Made by a program: the position numbers and the translations under genes. This document shows, piece by piece, positions 17,686 to 27,339 of a stretch of 64,000 nt of DNA; positions within the stretch are counted from its first letter, which is position 1; each line of letters starts with the position of its first letter. The DNA lies in the NCBI GenBank assembly GCA_025812035.1, contig GCA_025812035.1_4719.1; one strand, written 5' to 3'. The DNA comes from a phage. The notes beneath the pieces were generated by a model, which made no database searches, was not told where the DNA came from, and saw only the letters and a program-made list of their open reading frames with translations.

Positions 17686-19839
17686 TTACTCTGCGGCTTC
17701 TTGCTTCGGTAAATAACTTGCAGCGATATCTTGAGCTAACAATGTATTATTTTTATTCGAGATGAAAATACCGTAACTTTCCATCAACGCGTAATACGAA
17801 CGAACAAGCGTAGAGATCAGTCGACGAATATCCATACCTTGAATAAAGATATCAGGAAGCCCGGAGGCTTCGATCACCGGTAATGGTATCGTTAAATTAC
17901 TTATTGTTTTCTTATCGTTACGTACAATCCAATCGCGGAAACGTTGTTGTAACCCTTTATCCTCCCATGAATCAATCCAATCATTAAGAAGCGTTTTGTT
18001 CTTCGTCGCCAACGGCACACGAACCCCAACATAAGGAGGTTCGGAGCAATGGCCGTACGATTGAGCAAACACCTCTTCCCACATATCGTAAGACTGTTTC
18101 GTTACTGCAACATGTGGTTTCACTTTAACACGTGTTAAGAAATCGGGGTCACCTCGTTTCATTGACTCAACGATTTCGTTTTCTAACGAGATGATATCAT
18201 CAAGAACCAATCGAATACTGATCTTCTCGTTACGTAACAGCTTATCCATGATACCACACATCATCCGCTCAACACGTTGGACGATCATCTTCGGCGCTGA
18301 TGCGTCGCGCATAACTGGGCCTTTCAATTCCAGCTTCGGTGGATTGATAGGAACCCCTTCACGCATGGTCATGTAACCGTAATAGTTTTTACCCATCGAG
18401 GTTAACGACAGGATCAAGAACATATATTCGTTCTTCATTTCCATCACGTACATATGCTCTTTCGCCACACCGATATTACCAGAGCACATCGCCATCAGAT
18501 GAACCGTGATCTGTGTAACCAGATAGATAAGCGTGTTGGCTAAGCGCGTCGAAACTGGATTGATCTCCATATTCCCAAATCGCCACTGAACCCACTCCTG
18601 ACAGGTAAATACCGTTGAGTCGGTATCGGACAACACCCCCACTTCACGGATCGCTGATGGGAAAGCATAAACACCCGCCGGTTGGTTCTCGGTACGCCAG
18701 AACGCCATAATCAAGTCAGCGTAACCTTGAATACGTTGCAACATTAATTTTGTCGTTGCTGCGGTAAGACGATAACCAAGTTCATTTCCTTTTTCTAGCG
18801 CGACGTAAATCGCTTCTCCATTCAAGAACTCCGTGCATTGTGCTGTAATCCATGCGACGGTGTTGTTATCCATGGAAGCAATAATGGCTTTAGCTTCTTC
18901 CATCGTTTCAACAGGTTCGGATGCCAGTTCACATAACGAGTCAAGAAAATGACGAACGAATTCAGGATTAAGCTCACGTAACGAGTACAGGTTATTGCTG
19001 TACATATAGCAAGCGCGTTCCAACGGGGTTAAACCAGTGATTAGCTCCCGGATGACCAATTCTTTCTCTGGGTCGAAAGTGTACCGATGCAAGCATTTCG
19101 ATACGTTAGCCCAAACCTCTTCCGGCGTAGGGTAATGCAGTTTGTATTTTACCATCACCTGCTCAATGGCGTTACGATCGCTATTGCGAACAATGCTTAC
19201 GATGTTTTCAATTGCGATATCACAATCGTAATAATGGAAATTGCCTGCCAGGAAGCGTTCATTGTTCGCATTGGCCGAACCTGAAGCGCAGCGACATGTT
19301 GTTGTTAAACTCGGATGCGCAATCGGATTATAAAACGGATTAAACTTGGACGCCTGTGTTCCCGACAAACTGTTGTTATCTAACTTGGTGTTGGTTTGTC
19401 GTTTATCGTGTAGTTCAGCTTCGTCTTTACGTCCGTGTGCTTGTGCTATCGACATTTGTTTCTTTTGTTTCTTACGCAACTTACCGTTTTCAACCGCAAA
19501 GTCGCTTAGCACGCTGGAACGTGTCTCGCGTGGATAACAGTTAGCCCATACCGGCGTGATAATTAAATTATTTTCTTTAATATCGTTGAAATATTGACTG
19601 AACTTGATGACTTCTTTTTCTCGATTTCCTTCGGTACGCTGTGTTAAAACAAGACAGTCGGGATCAACCATCCCGTATTTTCCGCCAGGACGTACCGTAT
19701 CAAGAACAAACTGCAGCGCTTCCTGCTGCGATATCCCACGCATGCGCATTAAGAACAGGGTATAATCCTGCACCGCTTCTTTGGTCATATCCAACGTACG
19801 ACCGTATCCGTTTTCATCGTAAAAGAACGGATTTTCCAT
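17686..19839 (-). CDS. hypothetical protein with family-B DNA polymerase-like motifs (divergent)
   Basis: Ordered motifs NNLYSL (SLYPS-like, but lacking the catalytic Asp), TKLMLQRIQG (compare phi29 KLMLNSLYG), VLSDTDS (YGDTDS-like), GKNYYG (KxY-like); assignment is tentative. Confidence 0.3.
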   Translation of the reverse strand: MENPFFYDENGYGRTLDMTKEAVQDYTLFLMRMRGISQQEALQFVLDTVRPGGKYGMVDPDCLVLTQRTEGNREKEVIKFSQYFNDIKENNLIITPVWANCYPRETRSSVLSDFAVENGKLRKKQKKQMSIAQAHGRKDEAELHDKRQTNTKLDNNSLSGTQASKFNPFYNPIAHPSLTTTCRCASGSANANNERFLAGNFHYYDCDIAIENIVSIVRNSDRNAIEQVMVKYKLHYPTPEEVWANVSKCLHRYTFDPEKELVIRELITGLTPLERACYMYSNNLYSLRELNPEFVRHFLDSLCELASEPVETMEEAKAIIASMDNNTVAWITAQCTEFLNGEAIYVALEKGNELGYRLTAATTKLMLQRIQGYADLIMAFWRTENQPAGVYAFPSAIREVGVLSDTDSTVFTCQEWVQWRFGNMEINPVSTRLANTLIYLVTQITVHLMAMCSGNIGVAKEHMYVMEMKNEYMFLILSLTSMGKNYYGYMTMREGVPINPPKLELKGPVMRDASAPKMIVQRVERMMCGIMDKLLRNEKISIRLVLDDIISLENEIVESMKRGDPDFLTRVKVKPHVAVTKQSYDMWEEVFAQSYGHCSEPPYVGVRVPLATKNKTLLNDWIDSWEDKGLQQRFRDWIVRNDKKTISNLTIPLPVIEASGLPDIFIQGMDIRRLISTLVRSYYALMESYGIFISNKNNTLLAQDIAASYLPKQEAAE

Positions 19840-19900
19840 AAATCCTCCAAAAGTTATTTAGACTGTCTACATCATCTCGTATATCTGTTAAAAAAGAAGG

Positions 19901-19942
19901 ACGGCATAAAAAGAACCGATCCAGCCGAAGCCAGATCGGTTT
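19901..19942 (-). terminator. hairpin followed by UUUUUAUGCCGU
   Basis: ACCGATC/GATCGGT stem then CUUUUUAUGCCGU on the coding strand, about 62 nt before ATG of 17686-19839. Confidence 0.5.
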
Positions 19943-20137
19943 AAATGGATAATAACTGACAGAAAGATATCGATGATGTTCGTGAAACAAGATCTTCTCT
20001 CGTGTACATTGATGCCAGATCAGAGGGAGGTTGTAGCACGAGAGGTGGTTCGCCAAAGAAGGAATAAACACGCGAACCTATCTTAGTTTCACTGATGGCA
20101 CTAACCACTCAAAATATATAGTACTGTATGTAAAAGT

Positions 20138-20551
20138 TTACTGATTAATCAAGTCGTTAGCAACGATCTTGGTGTAACCTGCTTGATTGAGAATTTGATT
20201 AATTTTCGTCACGTCGGTCGCATCCTCAATAATGATGCTGGGTTTATAGATCAACGTCTTAGTAACGATGATTGTACTCTCCTTAATCCAAGGAATCCCT
20301 AAAATTACATACTCGCCATCCGCAGTGATGACCTCAACGTAGTTGTACTTCGTCGGATCGTTCGGTACACTAGATGGGAGTCGGGAATAAATCTGTTGAT
20401 GTATAGCGTCTACATCGCGGCCGTTGCGTACAGCCGTACGATAGTTGTATACGGCACTAATTTCTACTCCGTTGAAGTTAACCCCAAGTTCTGAAGCGTA
20501 CACGTCAAAACTCACAACAGAGCCAATCTTTTCTAAATCAGAAGCTGGCAT
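20138..20551 (-). CDS. hypothetical protein
   Basis: ORF in track. Confidence 0.5.
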   Translation of the reverse strand: MPASDLEKIGSVVSFDVYASELGVNFNGVEISAVYNYRTAVRNGRDVDAIHQQIYSRLPSSVPNDPTKYNYVEVITADGEYVILGIPWIKESTIIVTKTLIYKPSIIIEDATDVTKINQILNQAGYTKIVANDLINQ

Positions 20552-20566
20552 AATAGCACCCTTTAT

Positions 20567-20962
20567 TTAAAAAATGTATTCATATCCGAAAGCCGTCGCT
20601 GACCAAACTCGGATAGATGATAGTGTTCCGCCACGATAAAACGTTTTTGTGAACTCCATATCCTGGACAACACGATAATAGACACGTCCGATGATACGTA
20701 CAATAAGGTATCGCGGTAACGATCGCTCCTCGCAGTACTCATCGATAAAGTCATCGTCGATATCCGATAAGACAACATCTGCGATTTCTTGCAGTAGGTT
20801 CCTCATCAGCATCTGCCTTCCTTCGGTACCCCATCCAGACAAACAGTAATCATCTTCTGCCTGACTATAGATGTCGTTAACCGCCTGTTCGAGCAGCTGC
20901 TCAAGATAGTAGTCATCGCGTTTTATAACGTGGCGACGGCGCTCAATGGCGTATTTTTCCAT
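20567..20962 (-). CDS. hypothetical protein
   Basis: ORF in track; acidic composition. Confidence 0.5.
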   Translation of the reverse strand: MEKYAIERRRHVIKRDDYYLEQLLEQAVNDIYSQAEDDYCLSGWGTEGRQMLMRNLLQEIADVVLSDIDDDFIDEYCEERSLPRYLIVRIIGRVYYRVVQDMEFTKTFYRGGTLSSIRVWSATAFGYEYIF

Positions 20963-21411
20963 CCTGTGTTTCTCTTGTTTGGCGTATGTATTAACGACGC
21001 CACAGTCTTATCTGGATCGTCCCACAACGCACGACGAAAACTGGATACTACCATAACGGTAGGATAGATTTGCACAACCTCCCACCCGTAACGATGCGCG
21101 TTAGTCGTACGTCCGACATTAAACAAACATAGCTGATTTAAGAAACAAAGCTGCATCTTCGTAAACAACATGGTATCTTCGCGTTTAACGTATCCGAGAA
21201 TATAAGCATTCTCGAACGCCTCACGCGACAAGACGGGACGATTAAGATACCGCAACGCTAACACCAGCAACGTCGTTATACGCAACGGATCTTCCGGGTC
21301 ATTCATGCTGTTCAGCTCAGCTTGTAACCAGTCAGGAATAGTAACCGTCAGACGATAGGTATCTGTTCCGCGATCAACCACATTCAACGTTGAAAAAGGC
21401 AACATATCCAT
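20923..21411 (-). CDS. hypothetical protein
   Basis: ORF in track; overlaps neighbours so true start may be an internal Met. Confidence 0.45.
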   Translation of the reverse strand: MDMLPFSTLNVVDRGTDTYRLTVTIPDWLQAELNSMNDPEDPLRITTLLVLALRYLNRPVLSREAFENAYILGYVKREDTMLFTKMQLCFLNQLCLFNVGRTTNAHRYGWEVVQIYPTVMVVSSFRRALWDDPDKTVASLIHTPNKRNTGWKNTPLSAVATL

Positions 21412-21949
21412 GAATTCCTTCTATCTCGAGGTTATTCTCGCCTGTCTTCGGTAATAACCCACTGGCTGTTAACATCTGTGTCATCGAGTAGTCAAAACAC
21501 GGAAATATAAGGTTAACGGTTTCCTGGATCGCATCAACATAACTATAAATGGCTTCATAGTACTCACCGTCATGATCCACGCTAACCAGGTTCTGGCACA
21601 GTTCTTCGCTTATCATTTCATATACCGGCGGATAAAACGAATGAAATGGTCGCTGCATACGTAACGACCAGTACTCGTACGTTGTATACTGAAGCACGTC
21701 ATAAGCCGATACGTTAATGCGATCGAAGAAAGCGTACTTGTCCATGTGCTGGTACAGCATCGCCAGCACGGTTTCCAAGCACACTGATATCCGTACACCG
21801 TCATCTTTTCCGTTAAGGAAATTAGGTTTCTGCCGATAGCGTACAAATGCTGACGGCTTTGATTGTACTATTCCACCACCAACCATAACGTCATACTCGT
21901 ATCTAACGTAAAATTGAAATGCCACCAATCTTCTACACGTGGGATCCAC
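21374..21949 (-). CDS. hypothetical protein
   Basis: ORF in track; start uncertain. Confidence 0.45.
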   Translation of the reverse strand: MDPTCRRLVAFQFYVRYEYDVMVGGGIVQSKPSAFVRYRQKPNFLNGKDDGVRISVCLETVLAMLYQHMDKYAFFDRINVSAYDVLQYTTYEYWSLRMQRPFHSFYPPVYEMISEELCQNLVSVDHDGEYYEAIYSYVDAIQETVNLIFPCFDYSMTQMLTASGLLPKTGENNLEIEGIHGYVAFFNVECG

Positions 21950-22353
21950 GTACGAAGGATCTGGTTAACTTCGCTTCGCATTACCGATAAACGACAACGA
22001 AAGTCAAACTTCTCTTCATGACCGTAGTCTTCATGCAAGAAAACTTCATCCAAAACGAACTCAAGTTGCATGTCGACATCGCGACCCGAGATATTTCGTT
22101 TATACAGATACAGTTCAATCGTGTCGTAAAGCAGTGTATGAATATCATAATTTCCGTTCGGTGAGAAGTAAGGTAATCGCTCATCGAACATCGTAAACAG
22201 ATATTCACTGTAGTTTAATAACGGGATGATGTACCGACGTCCTGTCTGTGGTGTGCGAATATGTATCGAAACCTGACTTGGACGCGGAATAACCGACGGC
22301 TTAGAATCGTCTCTCTGAAATTGCTCTAAAGATCGCAACAAAGGTGGCCGCAT
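21868..22353 (-). CDS. hypothetical protein
   Basis: ORF in track; start uncertain. Confidence 0.45.
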   Translation of the reverse strand: MRPPLLRSLEQFQRDDSKPSVIPRPSQVSIHIRTPQTGRRYIIPLLNYSEYLFTMFDERLPYFSPNGNYDIHTLLYDTIELYLYKRNISGRDVDMQLEFVLDEVFLHEDYGHEEKFDFRCRLSVMRSEVNQILRTWIPRVEDWWHFNFTLDTSMTLWLVVE

Positions 22354-22930
22354 TGTAACTCTCCAACGCCCAATTATAAGGCCCTTCTAACATGTGTTCC
22401 CATACGTGAATAAACTCACTACCGAAGACAGGCTCCAGCGCCATGGTAAGATTCGTAAGTTCTGACGCAGCCACGTGGTAAGCATCGACATGCCTATCCA
22501 TCGACGGATCGTCTTCATTGAAAATACGTTCTGTGTCGCCAGCCCGTTCAATAAGTTCGATGATGAGATCTGTCCATGTCTCGTGACACGTCATCGTTTC
22601 CTGTTCTCGACTTAGTATGCCGATGTCTGCGTGAACGCTGGACTCGAACCGGTCTAAAAGGACCCGAAGAACGTGCACCTTGTCGATGTATTTCACCGTT
22701 ATCCAAGAAAGCGGTTGCCATCGACCCAGCATCCATCCGGTACTCGGGAACCCCAAACTCATATAGTACGGGTTGCACGGGACCGAGGACGGAGCGACGT
22801 TGTTTAAATCGTTCCTTAAGGGCAAGGCCCTGTTTAATGTAAACGGGTTCATTGGCGAGTTGTTCTGCTTTTCGTTTTGCGTGAGCCAATCGAAGTTCTT
22901 CCAATTGCCCAAGCCATTCGAATTGTTCAT
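22301..22930 (-). CDS. hypothetical protein (start uncertain; overlaps 22548-23525 in another frame)
   Basis: ORF in track; internal Mets at about 22762 and 22732 are alternative starts. Confidence 0.4.
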   Translation of the reverse strand: MNNSNGLGNWKNFDWLTQNEKQNNSPMNPFTLNRALPLRNDLNNVAPSSVPCNPYYMSLGFPSTGWMLGRWQPLSWITVKYIDKVHVLRVLLDRFESSVHADIGILSREQETMTCHETWTDLIIELIERAGDTERIFNEDDPSMDRHVDAYHVAASELTNLTMALEPVFGSEFIHVWEHMLEGPYNWALESYNAATFVAIFRAISERRF

Positions 22931-23525
22931 CTGTTAGCTCCTGGGGACGTTCAACAACCACACCAGATGGGCAGACATTGATCGTAATGTTAATTGACGG
23001 CATTGCCATCACACGAGGATTACTGTTGCGTACGTGGACAACATGTTCGGTTGCTGATTTACGATCGACGCAATACTCTGTTTCTTGGAACTCAAATGCT
23101 TTTAACGGTGTTGGTTTTGTTTGACGTTTTGGAACACGACCAAGATCAACAATATAGGCGTAATCACAAACACGTTCTATTCCGTAAATACGGTTATCCG
23201 ACCAGTTCTTACCAAACAGCTTGTTGTGATGATAAGATAGATATTCGGTTACCATACCCTGAACAACATCGAAGTCTTCTCGAAATTCAGGCTGGTACCA
23301 AATCGGACCGAGAATATCTGCGAACGATTCATGACGATATCGAGGATCGTGTCGGGTCCAGGTCATTCTCTGGTTAAGGTCGAAATCAACCAACAATTCT
23401 GTTAATTGCAGTTTTTCCTTCGGAGAAAGCTGGCGTTGATGATGCAAACTCAGGCAATCGATAAGCGGTAATGAAACCCACGATGCTAATGTGTACAAAT
23501 CGATCCTGGCTAATCTCTTGGTCAT
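22548..23525 (-). CDS. hypothetical protein (C-terminal about 80 aa may be read-through)
   Basis: ORF in track; C-terminal tail is Arg/His-rich low complexity and overlaps the next gene. Confidence 0.45.
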   Translation of the reverse strand: MTKRLARIDLYTLASWVSLPLIDCLSLHHQRQLSPKEKLQLTELLVDFDLNQRMTWTRHDPRYRHESFADILGPIWYQPEFREDFDVVQGMVTEYLSYHHNKLFGKNWSDNRIYGIERVCDYAYIVDLGRVPKRQTKPTPLKAFEFQETEYCVDRKSATEHVVHVRNSNPRVMAMPSINITINVCPSGVVVERPQELTDEQFEWLGQLEELRLAHAKRKAEQLANEPVYIKQGLALKERFKQRRSVLGPVQPVLYEFGVPEYRMDAGSMATAFLDNGEIHRQGARSSGPFRPVRVQRSRRHRHTKSRTGNDDVSRDMDRSHHRTY

Positions 23526-23616
23526 ACTCTTTTCCTAAGTCCCCATTGTTTATACACACGATATCTGGGAATAGTTAAAATATACGGCGTATAGCGAAAC
23601 AGGAGAGTTTCTGACG

Positions 23617-23937
23617 TCATTTTCTCCCTCTTCGAATACCACCGATACCTCTTCGATCCAAGACGTCCCATGCACGTTTTATTTCATCCTCCGTTGCTCT
23701 GGTATCTGGAGGGACAACCATAACACAATCGTGGAATGGCCAGTGCGTCGGTCTAGGGTCAGCAAATAGATTATCCCATTCAAGCGTCCATGATTGCTTT
23801 GAACGATTATAGTAGATCGTAAGGTACGTATTAGTGTACGCTGGGTAACCACGCATAACTTCAACATCTTTACGATCCTGCCGTTCCTGATTCCAATCGT
23901 TAAATCGTTTTCTTATTTTATCCCATCGCTTTCCCAT
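23617..23937 (-). CDS. hypothetical protein (trimmed to internal Met; track ORF extends to 24081)
   Basis: ATG at 23937..23935 has AGGAG 6 nt upstream and sits directly after a hairpin-UUUUAUGCCGU module at 23950-23980; the longer track ORF would read through that hairpin. Confidence 0.5.
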   Translation of the reverse strand: MGKRWDKIRKRFNDWNQERQDRKDVEVMRGYPAYTNTYLTIYYNRSKQSWTLEWDNLFADPRPTHWPFHDCVMVVPPDTRATEDEIKRAWDVLDRRGIGGIRRGRK

Positions 23938-23949
23938 GCTTTCTCCTAC

Positions 23950-23980
23950 ACGGCATAAAAGCCTGCCCCGAAGGACAGGC
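23950..23980 (-). terminator. hairpin followed by UUUUAUGCCGU
   Basis: GCCTG/CAGGC stem then UUUUAUGCCGUG, 18 nt before ATG at 23937. Confidence 0.5.
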
Positions 23981-23990
23981 TCGATAGAAC

Positions 23991-24191
23991 TTAACGACCA
24001 TCCAATTTCAACGAAGGATGGTTGACGATATGTGCGTGTTTTGCTGGGTCGTATGGCAGATATGGAAAATAACCATGCCATTCACGACCTTGGCATTTCG
24101 TACACACGAACTGACCACCGCTCCGTTGATTCTCGTAAGCGAGTTCAGTACTATCAACATGACCGCAACGTTCGCAGATAAACAGCGACAT
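23991..24191 (-). CDS. small zinc-ribbon protein
   Basis: Two CxxC pairs (CERCGH ... CTKCQG) in a 66-aa ORF. Confidence 0.45.
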   Translation of the reverse strand: MSLFICERCGHVDSTELAYENQRSGGQFVCTKCQGREWHGYFPYLPYDPAKHAHIVNHPSLKLDGR

Positions 24192-24228
24192 AACGCATCC
24201 CCATTCACTTGAACCTTTCGGTTCTGCA

Positions 24229-25209
24229 TTAGAATAGCAAGAAACCGCTGTTCTTCGCTTCCGCTACAGTTTCGTCACCAACTTTCGGTGCCTGTTGACG
24301 CGCGTTACGATGTTCAATGTAACGTTTCGCTTCGTCAGCGATTTGTTTGATAATACCCCCTAAACGATCGGTACTTAAAACAAACGACGTCGCTTCACGG
24401 ATTGGGCTGCTGTCAGGCACAAAACCGTCACAACTGTAAATAGCGTTAACACCCATGACTTTTGTCGCGTCTTTCGGATAAAGCGTACAGAAAGCAATGG
24501 GGCTATCGTTCTCTTTTGTCCAATCGTATCCCATGAACGTATTCAGTTCGGTGATCGTTGGTTCCAAACCGGTAACACGTGGATGGTTCAAGAAGTTTTC
24601 CAGGTCAGCGCTGTCAAGACGACGGTTCTCACCAGAAAACAGAACACAAAGCTGGCTAATAACAACCTGCACGTCCAGGTTGACATCCTGCTCCGATTTC
24701 CCATTTTCGCCATTCATGTGATAGCTGACGATCACCGGACGTTTCAACCCTTCTGCGGCTGCCATCAGTCCTTTAAAGGTGCGGTCTGCGTTGATCGTCT
24801 GACGCTCATCATCGAACGAGGCAACGATGCAACATACCACACGTTCACCGCGTTCCAGCAGGTTAGCAACCAACGCAGGACCTGCAACAGAACCCGAACC
24901 ACCGCTTAAACTAAAGACCACGATATTAAATTTACCTGGCGTATGTTTGTTGAGAATACCTGGGATTTGTGAACAGATCAGTTCAGCGTTCTCGTCACGC
25001 TTCTTACCCGAACCGTCTAACTCGCGGCCTGCTGCATCTTTAAAGATGTAAATATGATCATCGTCCAGTGTGCTATCGCGTAGGTTAGCACGGCTGGTAT
25101 CGACATACGTCATGCTGTGTAATCCTTTCGCGACTTCGCCTTCAAACGCTGAGCCGATTTCGCCACCACAACCGCCGACAGCCCAAATATGTACTTGGTT
25201 CTCTTGCAT
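24229..25209 (-). CDS. phuZ: tubulin/FtsZ-like GTPase, PhuZ-like phage tubulin
   Basis: N-terminal glycine-rich loop IWAVGGCGGEIG (FtsZ/tubulin T1-like) and SLSGGSGSVAGPALV (GGGTGSG-type signature loop); about 326 aa with a C-terminal tail, typical of PhuZ; AGGAG before the ATG. Confidence 0.7.
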   Translation of the reverse strand: MQENQVHIWAVGGCGGEIGSAFEGEVAKGLHSMTYVDTSRANLRDSTLDDDHIYIFKDAAGRELDGSGKKRDENAELICSQIPGILNKHTPGKFNIVVFSLSGGSGSVAGPALVANLLERGERVVCCIVASFDDERQTINADRTFKGLMAAAEGLKRPVIVSYHMNGENGKSEQDVNLDVQVVISQLCVLFSGENRRLDSADLENFLNHPRVTGLEPTITELNTFMGYDWTKENDSPIAFCTLYPKDATKVMGVNAIYSCDGFVPDSSPIREATSFVLSTDRLGGIIKQIADEAKRYIEHRNARQQAPKVGDETVAEAKNSGFLLF

Positions 25210-25273
25210 GTGAACTCCTAACTTAGTATGTATTTAACGCACAATGAATCTTTCTTTACTAAAGGGGTGACCC

Positions 25274-26116
25274 ATGGGTGCTATTGACTACAGTGTAGAT
25301 CGTATCTGTCGTACAATACCGGCAGATATCCTACAGTATTGCTATATCGATCGTTACGACTGGCGTAACCGATATCCACGTTCCGTCGAAGACATCATTA
25401 CCGATTGGGTAATTCGTAAACGGGTTATCGGCGACATTGATATCTACGGGGGACTACAAACCGTTGTTCCCCTTGATGATGCAGGTGTTACTATCGAAGA
25501 AGTCACCATTAACTGTTATGTTTTCCATATTCCATTGGAAGCCACACAGGGACGTTATATCACGTCCGCATTATCCATTATTTCAGGGAGTGTGAACAAC
25601 TACGGTATAAACTATAACGGTCAATGGGGCGCTTTCAACCAAACCCAGTTCCAACGACAGCTTTGCGGATGGAACCCTGCAAGCAACACATTACAGCAAG
25701 GGATGAACGCATTCGGTCCCATGAACGTTCTTAGTACAGCGAACGTTGATATCATCGCTCCTAACACCATCATGGTGAACAACGTCACGCCTGTGCAGTT
25801 TCCACTGAGTCTACGTTGTTTCCTTGCCCACGATCCGGAACTCACCAACCTCAGCATGGAGGTTTGGAACGACTTCTACAAACTCTGTTTATATGCCACA
25901 CAAAGTGACATTTACAACAGAACCGTTATCCGTCTTGATAGAGGTGTTACCGCACAAGGACAAGAAGTCGGTGCATTCAAGGAATACATCGACCGCTTTG
26001 CTGACGCTGAAAACACGTATCAAGAATTCCTGAACGAAACGTGGGCAGGTGTTGCCGCATGGAACGATCCACAAACTAAACGTCGCGCTATTCGTTTGCA
26101 AACCGGTTACTTCTGA
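25274..26116 (+). CDS. hypothetical protein
   Basis: ORF in track; followed by hairpin 26130-26154. Confidence 0.5.
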   Translation: MGAIDYSVDRICRTIPADILQYCYIDRYDWRNRYPRSVEDIITDWVIRKRVIGDIDIYGGLQTVVPLDDAGVTIEEVTINCYVFHIPLEATQGRYITSALSIISGSVNNYGINYNGQWGAFNQTQFQRQLCGWNPASNTLQQGMNAFGPMNVLSTANVDIIAPNTIMVNNVTPVQFPLSLRCFLAHDPELTNLSMEVWNDFYKLCLYATQSDIYNRTVIRLDRGVTAQGQEVGAFKEYIDRFADAENTYQEFLNETWAGVAAWNDPQTKRRAIRLQTGYF

Positions 26117-26643
26117 TTAGCTACCGCTTCCTCCCTCGGTGTTTTCGAGGGAGGTATTTGCCGTTTGAATACTTTCAGCATGTTCGCAAATTTAGCCGCG
26201 ATGACACAGGCCGAAGCCGATAGTTTATTGCTGAAGATAAGATCGTCCGGCAAACAATCGAAATGAATACCGTATTCGGTCTTTGTCTCTTCAACAATCA
26301 ACGACAACGCTGGTCTTGTCTTCTTAATGTCGGTGGTATACAAACGTAAGAACGTTTCACCGTCTTCGCTATCCGTTAAACGATAAGCGTTTCCAGAAAA
26401 CTCAACGTGTGGTGTAACGATATATTGAACACGATCGTCGGCAGGATGGATATTTAACCAACGTGTCATATCGCTGCTACTCACATTTTGCATATTTACT
26501 ACGGTAAAAGCAAATAGCGTATCGTTTTGTTTGGAATAATGCAACACATATGCCGCATCTTTCTTTCCGTGAATCCCTTCAATATACTCTATTAACGTAT
26601 AGCCTGATTTATATAGCTTTACTTGCGGTTTCTCGTTCATCAT
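26107..26643 (-). CDS. hypothetical protein (trimmed to Met-28 of track ORF)
   Basis: ATG at 26643..26641 overlaps the TGA of the upstream gene (ATGATG/ATGA arrangement), suggesting translational coupling. Confidence 0.45.
   Translation of the reverse strand: MMNEKPQVKLYKSGYTLIEYIEGIHGKKDAAYVLHYSKQNDTLFAFTVVNMQNVSSSDMTRWLNIHPADDRVQYIVTPHVEFSGNAYRLTDSEDGETFLRLYTTDIKKTRPALSLIVEETKTEYGIHFDCLPDDLIFSNKLSASACVIAAKFANMLKVFKRQIPPSKTPREEAVANQK
26130..26154 (+). terminator. terminator-like hairpin after 25274-26116
   Basis: CCTCCCTCG-loop-CGAGGGAGG followed by UAUUUG. Confidence 0.4.
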
Positions 26644-26939
26644 AACAACCCTTCCCGTTTCATCGCAGCACGCATACTTGCGTAAAGCGCATTCTTCATT
26701 GCACCTGGACGCAACGGATAACAAATCTCATATCGACGTCCTTGTTTCACAGCAATTTTCCTTCCATTCAAAAACAGCGTGCCATTATCCAGCAGCAACT
26801 CACCTTGTAGTACCATGAGTCCTGCTTTAACGTGACGTCCTTCTTCTTTAGTTAAGACCTTATAACCGTGTTTATCCAGTAACCACAATTCGTAGATACC
26901 GTGCGCAGCCTTCGGCATTACTTTCTTCTTCGTCGTCAT
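26640..26939 (-). CDS. hypothetical protein
   Basis: ORF in track. Confidence 0.5.
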   Translation of the reverse strand: MTTKKKVMPKAAHGIYELWLLDKHGYKVLTKEEGRHVKAGLMVLQGELLLDNGTLFLNGRKIAVKQGRRYEICYPLRPGAMKNALYASMRAAMKREGLL

Positions 26940-26951
26940 GGAAGATCCTCC

Positions 26952-27326
26952 TTAAACCCCTTGTCGGACCATCACCAACCGGAGCATGTTGTATTCCAAT
27001 GTAGCGCTTTCTAATTCGAATTCATATCGATACCAGAAATTCGGTTCTAATTGACCTACAACACATTTACGAACTTCGGTCTGCACCTTCCTTGACAATC
27101 CCTGTAATAGTTGCGTTATCTCCGGCTTGAAGTAATACGCCAAACCTAACTGGTCAGAATAAAACAGGCCACAATCAAAGATGGCCTGTAAAATAACATA
27201 TTCAACCATCAGGTGTCGCGCGTCAGGTTCAGGAAACGGCGAACGTAAAGCGAGGTCTAACACATCGACGATTGGGCCGACATAAACGGCGGCACGGTAC
27301 TCACGAATAACACTGATGTTATCCAT
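26952..27326 (-). CDS. hypothetical protein
   Basis: ORF in track. Confidence 0.5.
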   Translation of the reverse strand: MDNISVIREYRAAVYVGPIVDVLDLALRSPFPEPDARHLMVEYVILQAIFDCGLFYSDQLGLAYYFKPEITQLLQGLSRKVQTEVRKCVVGQLEPNFWYRYEFELESATLEYNMLRLVMVRQGV

Positions 27327-27339
27327 GGTAGCCTATTCG

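Noticed and set aside
23938-24081. N-terminal 48 codons of track ORF 23617-24081
   Set aside because: Would read through a terminator-like hairpin and overlap the zinc-ribbon gene's 3' end; the internal ATG has a proper RBS.
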